A stretch of 64,000 nucleotides of DNA from Nanobdellota archaeon (GTDB lineage: Archaea > Nanobdellota > Nanobdellia > Parvarchaeales > Parvarchaeaceae). Location: the NCBI GenBank assembly GCA_021802505.1, contig JAJZXE010000003.1, forward strand, positions 8,926-72,925. Reading direction: 5' to 3'. Shown here piece after piece: positions 36,225 through 44,209 of the stretch (the first letter of the stretch is position 1; every line of letters starts with the position of its first letter). Both the position numbers and the translations under genes were made by a program. The notes below the pieces were generated by a model. It searched no databases and was not told the origin of the DNA. It worked only from the letters and a program-made list of their open reading frames with translations.

Positions 36225-38493
36225 ATTTTCTGAGACCTGGCCACCAGTTGTATTTTTGCAGTAAAAACATTATAGAAGGGACTATAAACAGAACAGATAG
36301 GACCGAATCGATTAAGATACCAACTGCAACTATAAACCCTACTTCTGCTATTATAGGCACACCGCTGGCAATAAGTGATAAAAACACAACGGAAAATATC
36401 ACACCGATGCTTGCGACAACCGGTCCGCTCTTCATCAATCCAAGTTTTACCGCCTCAAAATTATTCTTCCCCATTTTTACATATTCTCTTATGCGCATGA
36501 CCAAAAATATATCATAATCTACTCCAACCCCCATTATACTGGTTATGAGAAATACCTGCGCTATAGATATGAACGGAAAAGACAGTATGTAATGAAATAT
36601 CACCAGTGTAATTCCGTTTGCGGCTATTACGTTTGCAATTATAAGAAGTACGAGTCTTAGCGGGGTATAGACCGAAAAAAGTATTATGAAAAGAACTGTG
36701 AATATCATTGAGCCTAGTGCCAGTATAAGCAGCGGAACATCACTGTTCATAGTCTGTACCGCATTTCCTAAAAAAACCTGAAGACCCGTAATGGTGTATT
36801 TTACGTTTATCTTTTTAAGATAGTTGTTTATATTCTGATAGTCGTTCAATGCGGCGGTGCTAAAACCAAGCGGTTTAAGGTAAGCAGTCACCCGAAATGA
36901 GCCGTTCGCTCCGCCGATTTGTGTGTATGCAACGCCGTTCATCGATTTAATTGAGTTATAGATTGCTGTGCTGTTCAAATTCTGTGCGGGAGTTATGTTT
37001 ATTATTAAGGGATCTATAGGATCAAATTTAAAGTTGTTTGTAGCGATATAAAAAGCAGTTTTTGACTGTGAATTTGGCAGTAACCCAAGAAAATTTAGTC
37101 CGGGATGATACACTACAAAAAAATACGCGGCTATCGCAATTAAAAATACAAATATTGAAATTATTACATATCTGTTTTTGTAATCGAATTCAGCCAATTT
37201 TTCGAAAGCTCTTTCAAATGAAAATCCAGGTTTAAAATTCGGGTAGAAGACCTTCTTTCCAAAAGATATCAATATGGACGGCATTAAAGTAACGGCCGAT
37301 ATCAGAACCACAAGGACACCTACAGAATCGAGGATTCCTGTAGACCCAAGAAATGCGAGATTAAATCCAGAGAGTATACTGTAAGCTAAGATTACAGTAG
37401 TGCCGCTAACGAGTATAGCCGCACCGGCTCCCCCCACGCTTAGTTTCACGCTTTCCCTATGGTTTTTCTTAAGTTCCTGTTTAAACCTGTAAAGCATGTA
37501 TACCAAATAATCTGTTGATATTCCTAACATTAGTATTGCTGCAAGAGCCGGATCAAAGAATGATACAGTACTTCTTAATATCACGTGGTATATAACATAG
37601 AAAATGGAAAAAGCGATCGTAAGGTCAATTCCATATACCATCAGCGGCACAAATGCAGCGATCGGCGACTTAAAAATAAATCCCGTTATGATTATGACCA
37701 TGAGTATTCCTATTGCTATTGCAAGAAAAGTTCCAAAATCCGTTTCATTTTTTATGTTACTGCTTAAGCCTGTTGATCCAGTTACGTATGATTTTATGCC
37801 GTAATTCCCGGAAATTTTTCCGATGTATGAATTTACGAATGAATAGTTAGAATTGTTTACTATTGTAATTGTGGTGGTGTGGTTATAATTTATCAAAGTC
37901 TCTGTTTCTGTGCTGTTTTGCACTATCGGGTAAGTAGTAAAGTTATATTGGTTGATTATATATAATGGCGTTGAATTTGTATAATCTTTTATGACTCCGA
38001 TAATAAAATCATATGAAGAATTTCTAAGTACTAATCCAGAATCGTTTAAATTTTCCTGTATCCCTTTTGCTATATTCTCTATTATGGTATTGTTTATACT
38101 TTTTGGAGCTGTTTTTGGGGTCAGATTATATTTTGAATAAGCAAGACTTAATGCTATTTCTGAGTTTTTCTTTATCGTATAATACGATGAATTCAATATA
38201 TTATATTCCACAGAGTATATCGATGTTATGTTCCGATATGTGAATGCATCCGATATCCTTTCGAAAAAACTTTTGCTGCTGTTTGAGAATGAATTATTGC
38301 TTACACTGACAATTAGCTGAACAGAATTTCCGCTGCTGCTGTTGTTTGAGCTGCTGGTTACGTTATAAGACACTATGCTAAATAAGTGTATAGCCACAGG
38401 TATTGAAATTAAAAAGATTATAATCCAAATCGCTATTATTTTTTTATGATGTTTGTCTATTATATCGCTGAATTTTCTTAAGTTTACTTCCAT
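36208..38493 (-). CDS. MMPL / RND-superfamily exporter
   Basis: 761 aa. Two blocks of about 5-6 TM helices, each preceded by a large extracytoplasmic domain. Confidence 0.7.
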   Translation of the reverse strand: MEVNLRKFSDIIDKHHKKIIAIWIIIFLISIPVAIHLFSIVSYNVTSSSNNSSSGNSVQLIVSVSNNSFSNSSKSFFERISDAFTYRNITSIYSVEYNILNSSYYTIKKNSEIALSLAYSKYNLTPKTAPKSINNTIIENIAKGIQENLNDSGLVLRNSSYDFIIGVIKDYTNSTPLYIINQYNFTTYPIVQNSTETETLINYNHTTTITIVNNSNYSFVNSYIGKISGNYGIKSYVTGSTGLSSNIKNETDFGTFLAIAIGILMVIIITGFIFKSPIAAFVPLMVYGIDLTIAFSIFYVIYHVILRSTVSFFDPALAAILMLGISTDYLVYMLYRFKQELKKNHRESVKLSVGGAGAAILVSGTTVILAYSILSGFNLAFLGSTGILDSVGVLVVLISAVTLMPSILISFGKKVFYPNFKPGFSFERAFEKLAEFDYKNRYVIISIFVFLIAIAAYFFVVYHPGLNFLGLLPNSQSKTAFYIATNNFKFDPIDPLIINITPAQNLNSTAIYNSIKSMNGVAYTQIGGANGSFRVTAYLKPLGFSTAALNDYQNINNYLKKINVKYTITGLQVFLGNAVQTMNSDVPLLILALGSMIFTVLFIILFSVYTPLRLVLLIIANVIAANGITLVIFHYILSFPFISIAQVFLITSIMGVGVDYDIFLVMRIREYVKMGKNNFEAVKLGLMKSGPVVASIGVIFSVVFLSLIASGVPIIAEVGFIVAVGILIDSVLSVLFIVPSIMFLLQKYNWWPGLRKYERNK

Positions 38494-38508
38494 CAGGAGT
38501 TTTATGAC

Positions 38509-38889
38509 TTACTCTTGCTTTTTAAGAGTTACCTGGCCGTCCTGTCCTGGTCTGTTAATTACCATCGCTTTTCCTTGATCAGTTTCTATAACTGCACCCT
38601 TGGTGATTATATTACGCCTTGCATACGATCGATTGGCTTTATTTTCGAGAACGCGTAGTATCTTAACTTTTGACAGTTTTTTAGTTTTAGGATCAAAAAG
38701 ATTCCCCTGGTCAGTTTTAAGTGCTATAATTTTTGTATTTCCACCGAGTGTTCTAGTCGTTTTTATCTTTCTTTCACCGACCTGAAGCGGAACCGAAAGA
38801 TCTTTTGATTCACTCCTTCTTTTATCCTTTCTTTTACCCTTAAAACCCCCTCCTACTTTCTTAAGAGACGGCGCAGTACTTTTAGACAT
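38509..38889 (-). CDS. rps8e: 30S ribosomal protein eS8 (S8e)
   Basis: TRTLGGNTKI, ENKANRSYARRNIITKGAVIET and NRPGQDG motifs. Confidence 0.9.
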   Translation of the reverse strand: MSKSTAPSLKKVGGGFKGKRKDKRRSESKDLSVPLQVGERKIKTTRTLGGNTKIIALKTDQGNLFDPKTKKLSKVKILRVLENKANRSYARRNIITKGAVIETDQGKAMVINRPGQDGQVTLKKQE

Positions 38890-38926
38890 ATTCTTATTCT
38901 ATAAAATACGTTGTATTTAAACCTTT

Positions 38927-39592
38927 TTATGATTTGTCTATAGGGCTTAGAACCTCGACACGTATTTTATTTTCAAGCAATCTTTTAAATTTCTGCGCCT
39001 CTTTTTCCGTCCCTATCCCTGATCCATAATGCATGGGTACAACGATTTCAGGATTTATGATGATTGCCACTTCGGCGGCTTCTTCCGGCGTCATAACATA
39101 CACACCGCTAACCGGTAACAGTGCTATGTCGGTCCTGAAGTTCTTCATTTCCGGTATATTATCCGTATCGCCAGCAAGATAGACTCTTACATTGTCTATT
39201 ATGAATATGTATCCGACGTTTCCTTTTTCTTTAGGATGGAATACCGCTCCCTTTTCCCTGAATTTATTCACATTATAAGAAGGAACGGTTTTTATGGTGA
39301 TTTCTTTTATTATCTTTATTTCATCGGGTGAAACTAGCACTTTTTGATTTTTAAAGTCAGAAAGTAAACCTTCGCAGTCTTTCGGGGCAATGATTATTGT
39401 TTTATCACAGATTAATTTTTTTATGCTTTCTTTATCCAAGTGATCATAGTGGTCATGCGTTATAAGTATCAAATCAGCATCGTTATATCTGTTTAAAACT
39501 TTATAAGGATCAGTGTAAATTTTGATCTTTTTGCAGGTTATCCTAAAACAGTCATGATGGAGCCATTCGATCTCTATACTCTTAAATTTCAT
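38927..39592 (-). CDS. metallo-beta-lactamase fold hydrolase
   Basis: ITHDHYDHLD (HxHxDH motif). 221 aa. Confidence 0.75.
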   Translation of the reverse strand: MKFKSIEIEWLHHDCFRITCKKIKIYTDPYKVLNRYNDADLILITHDHYDHLDKESIKKLICDKTIIIAPKDCEGLLSDFKNQKVLVSPDEIKIIKEITIKTVPSYNVNKFREKGAVFHPKEKGNVGYIFIIDNVRVYLAGDTDNIPEMKNFRTDIALLPVSGVYVMTPEEAAEVAIIINPEIVVPMHYGSGIGTEKEAQKFKRLLENKIRVEVLSPIDKS

Positions 39593-39673
39593 GTAAATTA
39601 TATTGCATCCGCAGATAAATATTTAATTTTGGCTAAACAATAAATTTTTATACTGAGATAATTTAATCATTAG

Positions 39674-40195
39674 ATGATATTAAGTGACAAAGATATACGG
39701 GAGTATATTGAAAAAAATAAGCTTGTTATAGATCCTATTGCCAATGATACGATACGCGAAAACGGGGTGGATTTAAGAATAGGGGATGAATTGCTTCGGT
39801 TTGTCTATAATAAAGAGCCAGTTGATATAAATGACAAGTCAATACTGGATAAGGTGTATAGTAAGGAGAAGATAGACAATAGCTTTGTTATTTTTCCACA
39901 GGAGCGGGTTCTGGTAAAAATAAGCGAGAGGATAAAAATGCCAAATGATCTTGTAGGTATGTGTAATATAAGGTCGACGTTTGCAAGATTGGGGATTGCA
40001 ATTCCTCCCACAATAGTAGATGCGGGGTATGAAGGCAACTTAACAATAATGATGATAGGCGGCAACGTCCCCGTAAAAATATCGAAAGGTACACGGTTTC
40101 TGCACCTGGTGTTTAGTACTACGTTAAGCGAGGTTCAAAAACCCTACGCTGGCAATTATCATCAGAGTTCGGGCGTCTCGGGTGCCAAAATATAA
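39674..40195 (+). CDS. dcd: dCTP deaminase (possibly bifunctional dCTP deaminase/dUTPase)
   Basis: MILSDKDIREYI, ENGVDLRIG and DAGYEGNLT motifs. Confidence 0.85.
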   Translation: MILSDKDIREYIEKNKLVIDPIANDTIRENGVDLRIGDELLRFVYNKEPVDINDKSILDKVYSKEKIDNSFVIFPQERVLVKISERIKMPNDLVGMCNIRSTFARLGIAIPPTIVDAGYEGNLTIMMIGGNVPVKISKGTRFLHLVFSTTLSEVQKPYAGNYHQSSGVSGAKI

Positions 40196-40219
40196 ATGAG
40201 GTGAACACGTAATTAGTAT

Positions 40220-40336
40220 ATGAAAAGAAGTTCAAAAAATTGGAAGAAATACCACAAAGACAGGTGGAAAACGAGAAAGAAGAAAATGTTGGATAGAAAG
40301 AGAAAAAGACGGCTTCTTAGGGAGAAGAGCGCTTAG
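40220..40336 (+). CDS. 38-codon highly basic ORF, probable ribosomal protein eL41
   Basis: Not in the ORF track (under 60 aa). Translates to MKRSSKNWKKYHKDRWKTRKKKMLDRKRKRRLLREKSA. It resembles the archaeal L41e pattern KRSSRRWKKKGRMRWKW..KR as I recall it. Confidence 0.5.
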   Translation: MKRSSKNWKKYHKDRWKTRKKKMLDRKRKRRLLREKSA

Positions 40337-40369
40337 TTATAAATAATCAGCGAGTGCTTATTATTTGAA

Positions 40370-40491
40370 GCAGAGGTAGCGAAGTTTGGCCCAACGTGCA
40401 GGACTTAAGGTCCTTATCTGTCTTTGTAGTCGCAGAGAATAAGATATCCTGCGGCTTAGCGCCCTCGAGGGTTCAAATCCCTCCCTCTGCA
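40370..40491 (+). tRNA. tRNA-Leu (anticodon UAA) with 36-nt intron
   Basis: Exon 1 is 40370-40409 and ends CUUAAG. The intron is 40410-40445. Exon 2 is 40446-40491. The spliced product is 86 nt with a long variable arm and T arm GAGGG-UUCAAAU-CCCUC. Confidence 0.85.
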
Positions 40492-40498
40492 GATTTAT

Positions 40499-40795
40499 AT
40501 GAAAATATACGAATATAACAAAGGAAAGATTGCTATAAAGACAGTGAAGGATTATGCTTCAAACAACAAGAAAAGATACAAAATCCTGAAGGATATTTAT
40601 AATTTTCTTTTAGCGGTATCCCTACTGTCAGTTCTTTTATCAATTGTCGTTGCCATGTCAGTTATATCTATTATTTTTTATAATGGGCTAATTCTATTGT
40701 CGATTTTTATCGATGCAGTTGCCGTGATTTTTTCAATTTATTTAATTTATTTCTTCTGGTCTAGATATAAAACGGACCTTGTCTCCAGAAATTGA
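40499..40795 (+). CDS. small membrane protein (98 aa, two TM helices)
   Basis: Hydrophobic stretches LLAVSLLSVLLSIVVAMSVISIIF and LLSIFIDAVAVIFSIYLIYFF. Confidence 0.5.
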   Translation: MKIYEYNKGKIAIKTVKDYASNNKKRYKILKDIYNFLLAVSLLSVLLSIVVAMSVISIIFYNGLILLSIFIDAVAVIFSIYLIYFFWSRYKTDLVSRN

Positions 40796-41299
40796 GTTTG
40801 ATAGTTTTTTGACAGTCTTGAGTTCCTTTATCCGTACGTTTGCGTACCCTCTTATAGGAAAATGCATAACATACATCTTACTGTCGTATAATTTTTTTTG
40901 TAGTCCAAATTTGAAATTTTTATCATTTGAAAATTTCATGTAGGTAATTTTGCCGATAAAGCATACCACTCTCGGTTTCATTTTTCTTATTATTTTATTT
41001 AATCTGTACACGCCAGGTTTTTCCTCGTTTTTTCTTAAATCAGAAACATTTTTTGAAGGCCTGTCAATCAGATTAATGAAATTTATCTTGTATATTTTAT
41101 CTATTTTGTTATAAAGATTTTTTAACTTATAATCCTCTTTTATAACTTCTCTGGTCTCTTTTATCATACCAGCATCGCTTAGCAAGTACCAAAAAGTTTT
41201 ATTGTTAGAAAATGGAACACCTCTTTCATAAGAACCAAAGTGAGGGTTTATACCTACAAATAATACCCCTGCATTCTTTGAGATCTTGTAGTCTATCAT
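40742..41299 (-). CDS. uracil-DNA glycosylase superfamily protein (MUG/TDG-like)
   Basis: Start moved to the internal Met (MIDYKISKNAGVLFVGINPHFGSYERGVPFSNNKTFWYLL). GINP...FW is the family motif. The upstream extension overlaps the divergent DUF488 gene. Confidence 0.6.
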   Translation of the reverse strand: MIDYKISKNAGVLFVGINPHFGSYERGVPFSNNKTFWYLLSDAGMIKETREVIKEDYKLKNLYNKIDKIYKINFINLIDRPSKNVSDLRKNEEKPGVYRLNKIIRKMKPRVVCFIGKITYMKFSNDKNFKFGLQKKLYDSKMYVMHFPIRGYANVRIKELKTVKKLSNSISGDKVRFISRPEEIN

Positions 41300-41339
41300 G
41301 TTCCTAGCATTATTTATAATATTTTCTTCTATTAATATT

Positions 41340-41696
41340 GTGATAGAGATTCGCAGGGCGTATGAAAAAAACAACGGAGGATATCGGATACTCGTAGACA
41401 GATTATGGCCTCGCGGGATAAACAAGGAGAAACTGGCAGCCGACGAGTGGATAAAGGATGCGGCGCCGAGCGATAAGCTGAGAAAATGGTTTTCACACGA
41501 CCCGGAAAAATGGAACGAGTTCAAAATCCGTTACAGAGCGGAACTTAAGAATCCAAAAGTTCTGGAAAAAATAAATAGCATCAAATCATTGGAAAAAAAG
41601 AAGAAGAGACTAGTCCTGCTGTTCGGTGCGAAGGACGAAGAACATAACCAGGCGGTCGTGCTCAAACAGGTCTTGGATTCCATAAAGCCGCGCTAA
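41340..41696 (+). CDS. DUF488 (YeaO-like) protein
   Basis: RILVDRLWPRGINKEKLAADEWIKDAAPSDKLRKWFSHDPEKW is a strong YeaO-type motif. I prefer the GTG at 41340 over the track ATG 41298. Confidence 0.7.
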   Translation: MIEIRRAYEKNNGGYRILVDRLWPRGINKEKLAADEWIKDAAPSDKLRKWFSHDPEKWNEFKIRYRAELKNPKVLEKINSIKSLEKKKKRLVLLFGAKDEEHNQAVVLKQVLDSIKPR

Positions 41697-41725
41697 CATT
41701 TATATAGAATGAAATTTTAATTTAG

Positions 41726-42046
<321 letters not shown>

Positions 42047-42082
42047 TATTAACTATTTAAATTAACGTATTAATTTAATATT

Positions 42083-42322
42083 ATGGTAAATGAACAAGAC
42101 GTGTTTGTTGGTGTGTCCTATTCGACTAAATTGCAGTACGAAGAACTTAAAAAAATTGTTGGCAGGGCCTCCGATTCATTTAATAAATTTAAGATTGATA
42201 ACCAGAAATATGAAGAGATGTTTTCCAAATTATCCGTCGATTTAAAAAATCTACATGAATCATTTGAAAATATCTTTGAAGATCTGAATAAGTCCGAGCC
42301 GGTAAAAGACAAGAGTAGTTAA
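42083..42322 (+). CDS. hypothetical small coiled-coil protein
   Basis: 79-aa ORF. No motif recognised. Confidence 0.4.
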   Translation: MVNEQDVFVGVSYSTKLQYEELKKIVGRASDSFNKFKIDNQKYEEMFSKLSVDLKNLHESFENIFEDLNKSEPVKDKSS

Positions 42323-42459
42323 AATTTCTAGTAAACAATGCGGTTTTACCACCTGGTCTTATTGTCTTTATGGTTTTGTTAACTGTTTCAATAAACTTAT
42401 TTAAACGTCATAATTCTATATTCTGATTATCGGACACAGTATTGTTGCCGGTGTTATTT

Positions 42460-42564
42460 GCAGGGGTAGCGAAGCCTGGCCAAACGTGGCAGACTCAAGA
42501 AAAGTGCGCGTTTGAGCTATCTGCTCTCTTTGTGAGTTCAAGGGTTCAAATCCCTTCCCCTGCA
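42460..42564 (+). tRNA. tRNA-Leu (anticodon CAA) with 19-nt intron
   Basis: Exon 1 is 42460-42499 and ends CUCAAG. The intron is 42500-42518 (AAAAGUGCGCGUUUGAGCU), and its UUUGAG pairs with the anticodon loop. Exon 2 is 42519-42564. The spliced product is 86 nt. Confidence 0.85.
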
Positions 42565-42604
42565 TTTAAACTATTAATATCAACTAATACTATTATCAGT
42601 TAGT

Positions 42605-44209
42605 ATGCAAGTAAAAAGAGAAGATAAAGGATTTCTGCGGTTTTATTATTTTAGTGGGATGGGTGCGATTTTTTACAGGACATTTCCCACGACAGAAATG
42701 CTGGCAATTGAAGACTTATCTCTTTCAAGTAGACTTACTACAAAAAATAATGAAAGTTTATTGGAAAAATTACTTTCTAAATCGGATTTTATGACAAGTA
42801 AATATTTAGGAGTGTATGATGACGAGGTTGATTTAAAGGATGTTTTATCCGTTAACAAGTTTTTTGCAAAAGTAGAGTCATACTTAGAAAGTTCCACTAG
42901 GAGTAGTCTCTACAATATACAGTCTGTCCTTGGTCACAGAAATATAGGGGAACAGTCTAGCTTCATGATCTCAATGACCGTTCCTGAGATTACTGCATTG
43001 TCTATACAGGATGAAATTTTTATTTCTTCTCAAGAAAGATCTACGCGTTATGTCGAATTTAAAGAGCGTTACCTACCATCAGATATAACCGGAGACGCAA
43101 GAGCTTCTTTATCGAGGGGGTATACTGAACTTTCAAAATTGTATAACTCCTCCTTTGATCTATTATTAATTAAATATGTTGAAGACTTTCCGAGTAAAAA
43201 CCATAGGATTCCAAGTGAAAAAGAAATTAAAACGGTTCTTTCCCCCACGGTAAGAGATTCTGTAAGAAGCTTTCTGCCCCTGGGGTCAAATACGACTTTG
43301 GTCATGCTTTTAAGTGCCAGAACTTCAGAGAACATCGGCAGAAAATTGCTTTCTAGTGATAATCTCTATAATAAAATGGCAGGAGAACTGTTTTCTTCGA
43401 CGGTTACGGATAACGTTCCATCTTTATCTACCCATATAAAACCTGATGATTTTAATAAAAAAATATACCCGGAACGAATAAAATTTAATTATTCTGATGT
43501 CTCACAGCCCCCTTCCTTATCTTCCATCGATGCCGTAAAAGTAGGCATAACTGATGCGTCTCAAAATGAAAAACAGGTACTAAATTCAATTTATTATCAA
43601 CTTCCGCATACTAACTCAAAAAATAAAAAAAGTGTGGTTGTAGATTATCTTACCGGCTTGTCTGCAAGCAGAACTGGAAAATTTGATGATTTGAACGACA
43701 GTGTGCTTAGATCCTCCTTCCTGCAGATAGATATAACCTGCTCACTTGGCACCGCGAGAGATCTATGGAGACACAGGTTGTCAAACAGAAATATAGAAGT
43801 TTATGTCAATGATTACATAATACCGGATGTCATATACAAAAATGGTGATCTTATGAGGACAACAAGCGATTCACTTGGCGAACTTGAACACTATTTAAAA
43901 GAATTGTATAAGAACGGATTTTATTCCGAGTCCCAGTTACTTATTCCGCTTGCGACAAAATCTGATCTTAAAATGTCAATGAGCCTGGCCGAAGCGGTTT
44001 TTATTGCTGAAAATCGAAGCACTGATGAAGCGCACCCAGAATATAAAAAAATAGCATTTGATTTATACCGCCAATTAAAGAGTACATACCCGGTTATAAT
44101 GAATCACCTGAAAATATTTATGGGCAACGACGGTCAAATAAACAGTTTATCAGATTATTCAAGAGTTCAAAAACCAAATATAGATTCAGTCAACGATTCT
44201 CTTTCTTGA
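42605..44209 (+). CDS. long-form ThyX-like protein (FAD-dependent thymidylate synthase family, internally duplicated)
   Basis: The second half has RDLWRHR. The first half has IFISSQERSTRYV, which fits the S-x4-S-x-R-Y spacing of the ThyX motif but lacks RHR. Confidence 0.4.
   Translation: MQVKREDKGFLRFYYFSGMGAIFYRTFPTTEMLAIEDLSLSSRLTTKNNESLLEKLLSKSDFMTSKYLGVYDDEVDLKDVLSVNKFFAKVESYLESSTRSSLYNIQSVLGHRNIGEQSSFMISMTVPEITALSIQDEIFISSQERSTRYVEFKERYLPSDITGDARASLSRGYTELSKLYNSSFDLLLIKYVEDFPSKNHRIPSEKEIKTVLSPTVRDSVRSFLPLGSNTTLVMLLSARTSENIGRKLLSSDNLYNKMAGELFSSTVTDNVPSLSTHIKPDDFNKKIYPERIKFNYSDVSQPPSLSSIDAVKVGITDASQNEKQVLNSIYYQLPHTNSKNKKSVVVDYLTGLSASRTGKFDDLNDSVLRSSFLQIDITCSLGTARDLWRHRLSNRNIEVYVNDYIIPDVIYKNGDLMRTTSDSLGELEHYLKELYKNGFYSESQLLIPLATKSDLKMSMSLAEAVFIAENRSTDEAHPEYKKIAFDLYRQLKSTYPVIMNHLKIFMGNDGQINSLSDYSRVQKPNIDSVNDSLS

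Noticed and set aside
41300-41524. 75-codon N-terminal extension of the uracil-DNA-glycosylase-family ORF
   Set aside because: The extension is antisense to the conserved DUF488 coding sequence and has no family similarity. The glycosylase motif region begins right after the internal Met.
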